64,000 nt of DNA from Prorocentrum cordatum. Taxonomy: Eukaryota. The stretch spans positions 3,038,001 through 3,102,000 of the forward strand of contig CAUYUJ010000001.1 of NCBI GenBank assembly GCA_963575745.1, in the 5' to 3' direction. The position numbers and the translations under genes were made by a program. Positions 51,395-64,000 of the stretch are shown here, piece after piece; positions within the stretch are counted from its first letter, which is position 1; every line of letters starts with the position of its first letter. Below the pieces are notes generated by a model. That model did no database searches and was not told where the DNA came from. It saw only the letters and a program-made list of their open reading frames with translations.

Positions 51395-53516
51395 CTATTC
51401 ACCCCGAAATCTAACCCGAGACCCTGCGCTCTGGCGCGAAGCGCTGACGTCCCCGCAATGCATCGATCGCGGCTGCCTCAGCGTCTCCTCGATGCGCCGC
51501 ATGATGGCCGCGCTGTCCTTCCTGGTCTTCGTCGTCGCCCTCTTCGCGCGCCTGAGCGGGAAGTTCGCCCTGCTGGAGACCCGGGTCTTGCCCCGCACGC
51601 GGCCCGCGAGCTTGATGGTCCCGCGGTCGGGGCGTCTGTGCAAGTCCATGTTCAGCTGCCTCTGCCACGCCTCGCAGCGGAGGGTCGCGCGGGCTGCCCG
51701 CTCCTCGGCCGCCGCCGCTGGCGCGCGCGCCCGAGGCGCGTGCGCTTCGCCCGATTCACCCTCTGCTCTGCCACCGCCGCCACGTCGTCGGAGGCCGTCG
51801 CCTCATCTTCGAGGGCCGCGCCCGCCGCGGCGACGCCCCGCCTGAGCGCGCCCGCGACTATGAGGCCAGAGAGGATGCATATGATCCGCCTGTCTGTCAG
51901 CTTCTGGAGCGAGGGGTCCCCGAGGTTCTTGTATGCGTTGGTGAGCATGCGGTGCAACCCGTGCACCTCCTGCACGACCTCGAGCCGCTCGAGGTGCTGC
52001 TGGTGCACGCACTGGGTCCAGCGCTTAAGGAGGCGATGTTCGGCCTCGTTGCCCAGGGTGCCGCTCGTGACGTGAACTCCCCCAGCCATGGCCCTGATCG
52101 GCGAATTTTTCATGAGATATCCGAAGTGGCCGCGCCGCGCCCCGCACTGGACCACGTGAAGCGCCGTGACCCCCTTGAGGTTCTTCCTCGCCATCTCGTC
52201 CGGGCATGTTTCCGCGATCCTTTTAAGCTCTGCGACATGCTCGGCGTGGGCCTGGAAAGGCTCCCCCATGAAATCTGCATCTTCCCTATCGCCCCGTGGC
52301 CCAGCTGCCGCTACGTCGCCCCAGATGTCCGCGCCGCCGCTGCTGCCGTGGTAGAGGTCGCCGGCGGTCGGCGCACCAGGGGCCGCGATCAGGAACTTCT
52401 TCTGGATCGCCATGATCGCACGAGAGCTGGAATTTCGCTTCTGCCCAAAGCAATGCTCCACGCGGAAGACCAGGTGCATGGCGTCCTCGGCACAGGCGAG
52501 GCCGTTGGGCAGAGCCTCCAGGAATCCCTCGCTGGGCGAGTCGGTGAAGAGGAATCGCACCTGGCCGATCATCTCGTCCGTAAACCGGTGGCGCAGTGCC
52601 GCCTTGAACGACTCGATCCCCTCCTTCGGCTGGAGGCTGAAGCCTGGGCAAGCGCCCGTGATGCCGATGAACGTGCGAGCAGTGTGGCGCTCGCCGTCGC
52701 GCTGCGCCATGCGCGCCTGCCCGATGATGGAGAAGGTCATCTTGAAAGTCGCGTCGTGCGCTATCGCCACCCACTCGCCCCGCTCTGTCGCGGCAGCTTG
52801 CAGGCGGCGGAGCGCATGCTGGACAACGCCGCCAGGGTTCTTGAACATGACAATCACGCGCTCCTTCACCGTCACCTGCATCGTCGGAAACAATAGCGGC
52901 GCGCCCTCTGCGTCCTCGGCCCACCTGGCTAGCATCTCGTCCACCATGGCGCCGACGTGGCCCCTGCATCGGAGCGCAAGGCTAATGGCGGCGTCTTCGA
53001 AGTCGCGGGAGTAGTAGACCTTTTCTGTCGCGCGGGTTGCGTCGGCCGTCCTGCACTTTAACCAGTACTCGGGGCCAGGCCGCGTAGGACCATGATGATG
53101 GGGACCTGGTTGTTACGTTTCAGCACCTCCAACTCGGCGGGCGGAGCACCTCGGTTCCATCCCCGAATCATGGCAGCGCTCTTCTCTAGGAGATCATCGG
53201 CGGCGCTGCCTGGCCAGCATGTGCTCTGGGCCAGACGATGGCGGTGCAACGCCTTCGCGACGTTGAGCTGCGGGTAAGTCTTGGTGCGGAGGCCGTGCGC
53301 CGCTGCTGTGAAGAATGGAGCCGTGTGGTACTTCATGTGCTCTACCAGCTGCGCCCTGCGCTTGAAGGATCGGAATGGGCACAACTTGCACGTCTGCTCG
53401 ACGACGCCGCCAGCGCCGCTGGCCGCTCGTTCACGCAAGGCGTCGTTGTAATTGCCCACCTCGGCGGCCAGCGAGGCCGCGAAGGGTCCAGCGGCGTCGT
53501 CGCCGACGCCCGCCAT
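51395..53516 (-). pseudogene. Mutator/MULE-like DDE transposase with N-terminal C2H2 zinc finger, two apparent frameshifts (~53085, ~51720)
   Basis: CKLC..HMKYH finger; IAHDATFK (D1), FLFTDSP (D2), AEDAMH ((C/D)xxH), SGTLGNEAEHRLLK (E). Confidence 0.75.
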
Positions 53517-53680
53517 CCGCGGAGCAGCCCGCGGCGAGGCCGCCGAAGTCTCGAGCCAGCGGGCTGCGCGAAACGCGAAGACGGCAATTGGGGGAGCATT
53601 GCGAGAGACGGAACTGCAGGAGAACAGCTCGGGCACGCGGGAGGAGTCGACGACGACTGAGAGGTTTTTGGAAATTACAA

Positions 53681-53727
53681 TTTGAGCCAACGCATTAGAA
53701 TAACCTGAGCCATGAGCCCCGCTGTGG
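53681..53727 (-). promoter_or_regulatory. Two partial DinoSL relics
   Basis: CCACAGCGGGGCTCATGGCTCAGG and TTGGCTCAAA upstream of the transposase. Confidence 0.45.
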
Positions 53728-53949
53728 GAAAGGTAACATTTAGTAACTAACCGTTGTGCCGCTTGCAATTGGCGTTGCGTGCGTTTGCCGCCCCCGCCCC
53801 GCCCCGCCCCGCCCTCTGCCCGACCCGACCGTCGTTTCTCTCTCTGCCGCGAGCGCCCCCTCGCTCCGGCTTCTAGGTCGCCTGCCGGTGCGCCAGAACC
53901 ACGCCGACCGCCTGGAAGGCGTCTGGTGGCTTCGGCCTCAAGCGCAAGC

Positions 53950-55437
53950 CTAAGTGCCCGTTGGGGAGAGAGAGAGCAGCCTGTCCTGGCGCCTCAGCTG
54001 CGCCCTCACCGCCCTGTCGCCAGTAGTCCTGAGGCGGCCCTTCTCGTTGTCAGCCCTGTTCTCCCACCGCCTGAGTTCGCAGCAGAGGTCCTCGAGGTGT
54101 GAGATTGTGAAGTCTCCCACCCACAAGCTCGGGTCTACCAGCCTCGGCTTCACCAGCTGGAGCAGGGCTCGGAGGCGCTTCGAGTTGTCGGGGTCGTGCG
54201 CGGTGCAACGGCGGAGCATGGGAGGAGGAAGACAACGCAGGTCGGGTCTCTTGCCCCCTCCCCCCCCGCCCGCCCACCCACCACCACCACCACCACCGCA
54301 ACCACGCCCACCCACCCACCCACCCACCCGCCAACCCACCCACCCACCCACCCACCCACCCACACCCACACCCACACCCACACCCACACCCACACCCACA
54401 CCCACATACACGCACACACACAGACACACACACAGACGCGCACGCACCCCATGCCAACTTGGCTTCTCCAGTTGCCGAAAGGGGAAGGAACGCCAAGTGA
54501 GCCGACCTGCATTGATTTCCTCCTCCCCGAGGACCGCCTCTGCGCCCTCCCCCACAAAGTCGTTCTCCGCTAGGGTGAACCCGTTGGCAGCCTTCGGGCG
54601 GACAACAGCCAAGTCGCGAGACATCAGCATCCTGTGCCACTCGGTGTGCACGAGAAGCGTCTTCTCGAGCACGACGCCGAGCGGCTGCCCCTTCTCCAGC
54701 TGCCGCGCCGCCGTCGTGAAGCGGCTCTTGCGCATGAGCTCGGCGACGTACTTGGCCATCGCCTGCTTCTGCTGGTGCGCCCCTCTCTGGCCCGCTTGGC
54801 GCGCGTGCTCCGCGTTCCAGAAGGTTCTCTGGTACCCCGCGTAGGCCTGCCTGATGGTGGTGTCGTCAACCACCGAGGCGAAAGCGCTCTCGTCGAAGCA
54901 CCTGCCCTCCGCGAAGGCTTGCCCCGAGCGCTCCTCGTAAGTCGCCAGTGCCTTCTGTAGCAAGCCCTCCCCGTTGAACCAAACCCTGGTGAGCAGGATT
55001 CTCTGGAGCACCGAAGGAAGGGGCACTTTTCTGGAGTCGTGCAGCACCGTGCGGAGCTCCAGGTCGGTGGAGTTGAGCTCGTGCGAAGCCTCGCCGCCGC
55101 GGTGTGTCAGCCACTCGGGGTGGACGAGGAAGGACGTGACCAAAGGGTTCTGCGCCAACCTCGAAAAGAGTTTCTCGGCCACGCTGCGCCCGTGCAGCTT
55201 TTCGATTGAACTCACCGCCCTGGCGTTTGCGAAGGCGACCAAGCTGTCCACCTCGTCGTCACGCGCGCGCGCGCCGCGCCGGAGCCCTCCGACCTGACGC
55301 TCGGCAGCGCCTTCCCTCCGCTGTCCACCATGATGCCGACAGAGGGGCAACCCGTCCTGCCCTACGCAGTTGGTACGGTGGTACCCTGTGGGGCCCGCTG
55401 CCCCTCGGGCTGGGCACGGCAACCAAGTCGGCGGCAT
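53950..55437 (-). CDS. aGPT-Pplase / amino acid:DNA transferase-like (5hmU hypermodification, HhH-glycosylase-like fold) protein with N-terminal C...CxxHGG finger; intron from 54506 to ~54250/54210
   Basis: ILLTRVWFN (cf. lfRxFN), MLMSRDL...FVGEGAEAVL (cf. Dl...GpGA..gl) and HLEDLCCELRRW (cf. iEhxLCExxKy) occur in the expected order. The intron acceptor is unresolved. Confidence 0.65.
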   Translation of the reverse strand: MPPTWLPCPARGAAGPTGYHRTNCVGQDGLPLCRHHGGQRREGAAERQVGGLRRGARARDDEVDSLVAFANARAVSSIEKLHGRSVAEKLFSRLAQNPLVTSFLVHPEWLTHRGGEASHELNSTDLELRTVLHDSRKVPLPSVLQRILLTRVWFNGEGLLQKALATYEERSGQAFAEGRCFDESAFASVVDDTTIRQAYAGYQRTFWNAEHARQAGQRGAHQQKQAMAKYVAELMRKSRFTTAARQLEKGQPLGVVLEKTLLVHTEWHRMLMSRDLAVVRPKAANGFTLAENDFVGEGAEAVLGEEEINAGRLTWRSFPFRQLEKPSWHGVRARLCVCLCVCVYVGVGVGVGVGVGVGVGGWVGGWVGWRVGGWVGGRGCGGGGGGGWAGGGGGGKRPDLRCLPPPMLRRCTAHDPDNSKRLRALLQLVKPRLVDPSLWVGDFTISHLEDLCCELRRWENRADNEKGRLRTTGDRAVRAQLRRQDRLLSLSPTGT

Positions 55438-55447
55438 GTCCAACTAC

Positions 55448-55469
55448 CTGGAGCCCAATCGGCTACGGA
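55448..55469 (-). promoter_or_regulatory. DinoSL relic
   Basis: TCCGTAGCCGATTGGGCTCCAG (18/22 match), 10 nt upstream of ATG 55437. Confidence 0.85.
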
Positions 55470-57374
55470 AGAGGAGGCGCGGAGGATGAACAAGGGAAGC
55501 GATTGAACAATAGGATGGAGTGCGCGAAATAAAACGAAGATCGCGAGACAAGAAGCGGATAATAATCAGGAGGGAAGGTCGAAGAGCAGGAGGGGAATAA
55601 TGAGAGTAAACAGGAGGACAGGGGAGGATCAGAGGGATTGGAATACCAATAGCCAGTAGTTAATCGGAAGGTTGTCATCAATACTTACTTCCACCAGCTT
55701 CCGCGCAAGTTTCGACGACGCCTGCAAGAAGAGGAATGCGACGATGTTCGAACTACCACCAGCTGTGAGCTACCACTCCGCGCGGCCGATGCCACAGGAG
55801 AGACGGAGGGTGGAGGTGGGGAGGGCTGCAATTAAAACGGCCCCCTCCTGTGTGACACGGAACGCAGAAAAAGAAGAACAAACATAATGGTAATGGATCC
55901 GAAGCATCACGGGGGGGGGGGACCCCCGGGTTCTGGAGGAAAAGGGCGGCAATTTTCCACAATGAAGCGGCGGTGGATCACGCTCTATATATATATATAT
56001 ACAATATAGACACACACGCCTGACCCACCACCTAGGGCACCCGCCGCCCGCCCGCCGTCCGCGTAGCACGCACCACTCTGTACTCAACAGCTTCAGTCTC
56101 CAAGACAACACCTTGTAGTCAACAGCCCCCGTCTTCAAGGCAACACCCTGTGCTCAACAAGCCCCCGCCGAGGGCCCCAAATATTGCCAAGACAGCCCCA
56201 AGAGGCCCCGGACACGCCGAATATGTCTTCAGGACGGCCGACGGCGCCGCCAAAACGCTCCAAGAGCGCTTTCAGAGGCCCCTCCAAATTGCCCCACATT
56301 TTTGCGCTCTCGCATGTTCCGCCTCCCCACGGTCCCGGACGGCGTCAGAGGCCCTTCAGATCGCTCCAAGACGGCCGAAGAGGCTCCCAAGAAAGACCAG
56401 AGGTCTCAGGAGGCTCCCCAGATAATTCTTTACGCTTCGCGTATCCCCACCAGCCCATCTCAAAACAGCAACTCTTGCGAAGCATGCCGACAGTCGTGTT
56501 TTTCAGGCGTGTTTCCGCCTGCCCCCGCATATCTCCCCTGTTCCTCCTTCGTCCAGCCTCCTTGTACATCCTCCTTGTGGTGGGAGCGGGAGAAGGACGA
56601 GGCGGAGGAGGAGGGAGAGAAAGCGCTCCTCGTGGTTTGAGTCGTTCGGGGTTTCTCGTCCTGGTGTGAGTCGTTCGGGCCCTTCTTCCTGGTGTGAGTC
56701 GTTCGGGCTCTTCGTGGTGTGAGTCGTTCGGGCTCTTCGTCCTGGTGTGAGTCGTTCGGGCTTCTCGTGGTGTGAGTTGTTCGGGCCCCTCGTCCTGGTG
56801 TGAGTCGTTCGGGCCCCTCCTCCTGGTGTGACTCGTTCGGGCTCCTCGTGGTGTGAGTCGTTCGGGGCCCTCGTCGTGGTGTGAGTCGTTCGGGCTCCTC
56901 GTGGTGTGAGTCGTTCGGGCGCCTCGTCCTGGTGTGAGTCGTTCGGGCCCCTCCTTCTGGTGTGAGTCGTTCGGGCTCTTCGTGGTGTGAGTCGTTCGGG
57001 CCCCTCGTCCTGGTGTGAGTCGTTCGGGCTCCTCGTGGCGTGAGGCGTTCGGGCACCTCGTCCCCTTTTGGGGCGTCTTGGGGGCCTCTTGGCGGCCCCA
57101 GGGGCTTCTAGGAGCGTCTTGGGTGCCTTGGGGGAGCCTCTTCGGGCCTCTTGGGAGCCTCTTGGAGGCCGTTTGGGGCGTCTTGGGGGCCTCTTGGCGG
57201 CCCCAGGGGCTTCCAGGAGCGTCTTGGGTGCCTCGGGGGAGCCTCTTGGGGCCTCTTGGGGACCTCTTGGGGGCATCTTGGGGGCCTCTTGGAGGCCTCT
57301 TGGGGGCCTCCTGGGGGCCTCTTGGGGCCATCTTGGGGCCTCTTGGTGCCTCCTGGGCGCTTCCTGGGGCCATC

Positions 57375-59540
<2,166 letters not shown>

Positions 59541-60169
59541 CGCTGCGCAAGCAACTGCTCCGGCGTGGAGCAGGCTGTTGTGAGCGGATGCTCGCGATAG
59601 GGAGGAGTTCCCTGGATTCTGTGCCCGGCCAGGGTGGCAAACCCCTGGTTGGGCGTCGCTAGCGGCGGGCGGAGTGCCCAAGCCGCTGACGGGCGGAGTG
59701 CCCATGCCACCGCCCTGTAAGAGGGCACCGATGCAAAATGCATGCGTCCAGGAGCGAGGAGGAGAAGGATCACCATAGCAACACTTCAGATAAACATATG
59801 TAATTCATATCTTTAAATCAACCTGTATTTCCTTCAGTCGTGGCCCCAAACAGTTTGTGCAAGCACTGGCTGGGGATGTCCGTCTATGTGACGTGTGGCG
59901 ACAGTTCGTGGCAACGCCCCAGGGTCGTCGGAAGAGTAGCCCGCGAGATCAGAGAAGAAAACACCGCCCGCGCGATGGGAGCATGAGTCCGTGCTGGTAT
60001 GAGGCGGAGTGCCCGCGCCGCTGGCCTGTGAGAGAACGCCAGTAGAACGTGCATGTGCCCAGGAGAGCTTCCATCGACTTGTATGTACATACCAGATGTT
60101 ATAAGTAAAATGTCTCATATTAATATTTTAAAACATCTTCCATGAAATAAGCAGAGAGGATGACAGAAA

Positions 60170-61090
60170 GTGTGAGGCCACGAAAACGGCGGAGTGCCGT
60201 GACGGGCGGAGCGCCCGTGCTGGGCGGAGTGCCCTGGCATCTGTGTGGCCTAAGGCCCCTGGCGGCCATCGTAGATGTAGATATTTGGCCGACGCGGGGG
60301 GGCTAAACAAATGGGGCCTGACGAAAACGGCGGAGCGCCGTAACGGGCGGAGCGCCCGTGCCGGGCGGAGTGCCCATGACCCCCTTGGGGCGGAGTGCTC
60401 CTTGGATGACGGGGCGCCCAGGCCCCCACCCCACAGGCGAGAGTGTGGCACAAGGCCCTTGGAGGCCATCGTAGATGTATGTGTGTGAATAGGGGCGTCA
60501 CGGTGTCCCGCCCGTCTGCGGGGGGGGGACCCCATTTTGTTAACAGGACGCCCCCCTGGGTAGGCCACACTGGCCAGTCTGGGAAAGGGTCTTAGTGCCC
60601 ACCAGAGAAAATAAATCGCACCCGGAAGGCCCTTGAAGGCCATCGTAGATGTAGATATTTGGCCAGGGGGGCGGGTACTCAAAAAATGGCGGTTCACTAA
60701 AACGGCGGAGTGCCGTAACGGGCGGAGTGCTCGTGCAGGGCGGAGTGCCCATGAGCCCCTCTTGGAGCGGAGTGCTCTGTGCCTGGCGGAGTGCCAAGTG
60801 ATAAAATTAGGCGGACGGTTAGGACCAAAGGGTCCGAAACATGAGTCCAGGGTTTCCCAACCATCCTGTGGTGTTGGGTCCTAGTTTACGGCCGGGCGAA
60901 GTGCCCGTGCTCGTCAGAAGGTGGTGTCACCCCCACAGGCCCTGGAGGCCATCGTAGATGTAGATATCTGGCCAAGGGGGTGGGTATTCGAAAACTGGCG
61001 GTTCACGAAAACGGCGGAGTGCCGAAACGGGCGGAGGTCCCGTGCAGGGCGGAGTGCCCATGACCCCCTCTTGGAGCGGAGTGGTTTCTG
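60170..61090. repeat. Compound repeat of GGCGGAGTGCCC and GGCCATCGTAGATGTAGATA modules
   Basis: AAAACGGCGGAG.GCCG..ACGGGCGGAG near 60183, 60324, 60699 and 61008. Confidence 0.85.
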
Positions 61091-61297
61091 GGTCCGAAGC
61101 ACGAGTAGGTTAGGTCCGCCTTACAACCGTGTATCCCACGATGTGGGATAAAATACGTTGCCCACCGACACACCGGAGCATTCGTGGATCACCTCGGGCA
61201 TTCAACGCTTCGTTGAAAGTGAAGGTTCGTTGGGGCATCCCGGAGGTCACTTCCATCTTGGGGGACGGAAGGGAAACAGCAGTGTCACATAATTACT

Positions 61298-62139
61298 CAA
61301 TATGAAAATACTCTCCCTCTTCCCCTGATGGCGTCCGGGTGATGGCCGCGCACCCTCCGCGTACTGTTTTTTTACACACAGGATTCCCGGGAAATCCTGG
61401 GAAACGACTCTCGCTGAGGCGCCGGCGTCATTTTTTCCCAAAATGCTGCTCTCGTTGAGGCGCCGGCCTCATTTCTGCTCCCGAATCGTTCCGAATCGTG
61501 CTCCCGCTGCAGCGTGGGCCTCATTTTCGGATCGGTGTTTGGCCTCCGTCGTTCAGGATGGCGTTCTCGCCCCAGCGCGGGCCTCTTTCTCGCGCGCCCA
61601 TCCGCCCGCCACCACCGCGCCGCACCACCACCACCACCACCACCACCACCACCACCACCACCACCACCACAACCACCACCAGCACCAGCACCAGTACCAC
61701 ACCACCACCACCAGCAGCACACCATCACCACCACACCACGCACCACCACCACCACCACCACACCACCACCACCACCACCACCACCACCACCACCACCACC
61801 ACCACCACCACCACCACCACCACCACCACCACCACCACCACCACCACCACCACCACCACCACCACCACCACCACCACCACCACCACCACCACCACCACCA
61901 CCACCACCACCACCACCACCACCACCACCACCACCACCACCATACCACCACCACCACCACCACGACAACCACGCACACACGCACGCACGCACGCACGTGC
62001 ACCACCACCCACTACGCACGCGCGCGCGGAGCCACAGGTCCGCTACGACACGCGTCCGCGGATAGAGAAAATCAGCGCCATGGTAAGGGATGGGAGGGAG
62101 GGGTAGGACGTCAGATATGACGCGAGCGCACCTCGCTTG
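61298..62139 (+). repeat. Dispersed element with (ACC)n core, copy 2
   Basis: Direct repeat of 21502-22218 with a longer (ACC)n tract. Confidence 0.9.
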
Positions 62140-63259
62140 TCCTTCTCCCCCTCCCCCTCTCCCCGTTCCCGTCCCAATGCCCCTCCCCCTTTCTCCTCTG
62201 CCCTCCTCCTCCTCCTGCTCCTCCTGCTCCTCCTCCTCCTCCTCCTCCTCCTCCTCCTCCTGCTCCTCCTCCTCCTCCTCCTCCTCCTCTTCTATTCCTC
62301 CATCCATCGAGCTAGGCGCGCGACAGTGTCAGCAGCGCCTCAGCAGGCTGAGCGCTCGAGCAGGCCCAGAGCTCCTCCTCCGGCGGCTCCGAGGAGGGAA
62401 ACACGCTCATGGGGCCTCCTCCTCCTCCTCCTCCTCCTCCTCCTCCTCCTCCCTCCTCCCTCCTCCCTCCTCCTCCCTCCTCCTCCCTCCCAGAGGTGCG
62501 CCAACAGGGAGGGCGGCGCAGACCTCCGGAGGGCCCCGACGGCCAGTGGACGATCACCCCCGGCCTCTCCGGATAGCGCAGAGAGTCGCTGAATGCACGG
62601 TTACGGAACATATGCATTACCACTGGTAATGTATATGTTCCGTCGTCGGCGTCATCGTCGTCGTTGCATATGCCGCGTCGTCGTCGTCGCTTGTCGCTTG
62701 TCGCTTGTCGCTCGTCGCGTCGTGCGCGCGGGCGCGGCTGTGGTGCTGGAGCCACACGGCGGGGGGGGGGCCTCACGTCATACCCCCCGCGCCCCCCCCG
62801 CCCCATGACGCCTGTCATTACCAAACATAAAGAAACGCTCTCCAGTGGTGGGCGGTTTTTGAATCCCAGGACTTCTGGAGGGTCGAGGACGACGCTGGGG
62901 TGGTGTGGTGTATACTTTTTTCCCCGTTTTCCCATGGAAGCAACAGGACATGTATACACCAGGATGCCGTATACACCATAATCCGTTTCCTTGTGCGAAT
63001 CTCGGTGCGGGACCGGGAAAAAGCATCGGCGTATAAAGTTCGGTTCTTTGAAAACGGCTTACGTGGCACCTCCTGCTCGACCGCCCCTGACTCCAGACAG
63101 GGAGGACGGGCAAACGAGAGGGGTGCGACGCAGCAGTGCTGAGGCCACTGGGAGCAGCCAGCGCCAGCAGGTCCGCTGCCGTCGGCTCGACACGGTGGCC
63201 TGGCCTCCAGCCTCTGTGCGGCCTCCTCCTCCTCCTCCTCCTCCTCCTCCTCCTCCTCC

Positions 63260-63860
63260 CACGCTCGGACACGCTGTTTGCAAGTGTGCTCTGTGGGAGG
63301 CTCCTTTTTTTCCAGGGCTTGGACAGGCTCTGGGCCGCGGACCAGGCGTCAGCCTCCACGGGCTATGCAAACCGTGCACCTGGGTCCAGGCAAGACCGTG
63401 GCCCCCCTGGGCATCCGACCTCTTGGCAGCACGGAGATCATGCCCCAGGAGCCGCAGCAGCAGCCAGAGCTCGGAATCCTGAGGGCCAAGGGTCTGGACG
63501 CTTCTCCCAGGGACCTCGATGTGCCACCGGCCTCGACCACGAGAGGCAGGCTGGGCGGGGGGCTGCTGGTGGGGTCCGCGTCCTCGCCTGAGGCCCGGCT
63601 CTGCAGGTCCTGGCAGCTCGGCCGCATCCTGGATCGTGCTTCCGGCGATCCGCACCTCCTGAACTCCCGCCCACCTTGACGCCGCCTAGGCAACACGTGA
63701 CAGAGAGGCGACCTCGCGTGCAGCAGCAGAGCAGTCAGGATGACACTTGGCTCCTCTGCGTGCGCACTCGTCGGCAAGACGATTACCCCTCCGCTCCCAC
63801 TCCGACGTCCGCCCAGCCTTTACACCCCCGCGAGCTGCCACACCCTGGCCCAGATATGCG
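63260..63860 (-). pseudogene. Probable non-LTR retrotransposon fragment (RNase H C-terminus and downstream Cys/His region)
   Basis: WERRGNRLADECARRGAKCHP matches the RNase H GNxxADxxA motif; disrupted GHDL...CTVC follows. Confidence 0.5.
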
Positions 63861-63934
63861 CTTTGGGGTTGCCGGAGTCCTGGCCCAGGGAGGGGGACAG
63901 GGCGCAACCGACCGTTCCCTGACAGTCGATGTAA

Positions 63935-63991
63935 AATTCTAGACGCTTCTCGCATCCCCACCAGCCCATCCAGAAACGACGCCCAGGCGAG
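63935..63991 (-). mobile_element. Helentron-type 3' terminus; the element extends beyond the window
   Basis: Minus strand TCGTTTCTGGATGGGCTGGTGGGGATGCGAGAAGCGTCTAGAATT. Confidence 0.6.
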
Positions 63992-64000
63992 TAGAGGGCC

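Larger units (their letters stand above)
44906..53789 (-). mobile_element. Candidate TIR DNA transposon carrying a Mutator-like transposase, a Ubl-repeat gene and a D5 helicase-TVpol gene
   Basis: Perfect 17-bp inverted repeat GCCAATTGCAAGCGGCA (44921-44937 / 53757-53773), extended outward by GGCAAACG and inward by GGTTAG. No TSD seen. Confidence 0.6.

Noticed and set aside
44380..55980. Capsid or packaging ATPase genes that would make the D5-TVpol block a Polinton-like virus
   Set aside because: No jelly-roll-like or FtsK/A32-like ORF is recognisable in or beside the block, although divergent ones could be missed by eye.

Overview
GC-rich, repeat-dense eukaryotic DNA, almost certainly from a dinoflagellate (inference). 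A near-perfect dinoflagellate spliced leader (DinoSL, DCCGTAGCCATTTTGGCTCAAG) lies at 1448-1470, and predicted introns use GC/GA/GT donors with AG|G acceptors. I recognise no ordinary housekeeping gene. The window is three gene-bearing mobile-element blocks set among satellites, microsatellites and dispersed repeats. (1) 1-13.8 kb, minus strand: a co-oriented cluster with a CACTA/Mirage/Chapaev (CMC)-like DDE transposase and at least four cargo genes, one with ParB-like and SET-like regions. (2) 35-43 kb, plus strand: a decayed Helitron/Helentron Rep-PIF1 helicase, with a complete-looking non-autonomous Helentron-type element at 56.4-57.8 kb. (3) 44.9-55.5 kb, minus strand, the best candidate for an undescribed system: a ~8.9 kb unit between inverted repeats encoding a Mutator-like transposase, a ubiquitin-like-repeat protein and a D5/SF3 helicase fused to a C-terminal TV-Pol-like (family A-related) polymerase. 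Directly beside it is a gene resembling phage 5-hydroxymethyluracil hypermodification enzymes (aGPT-Pplase/amino acid:DNA transferase). Nearly every gene in these blocks has a genomic DinoSL relic upstream. All family assignments come from motifs read by eye and need HMM or structure confirmation.
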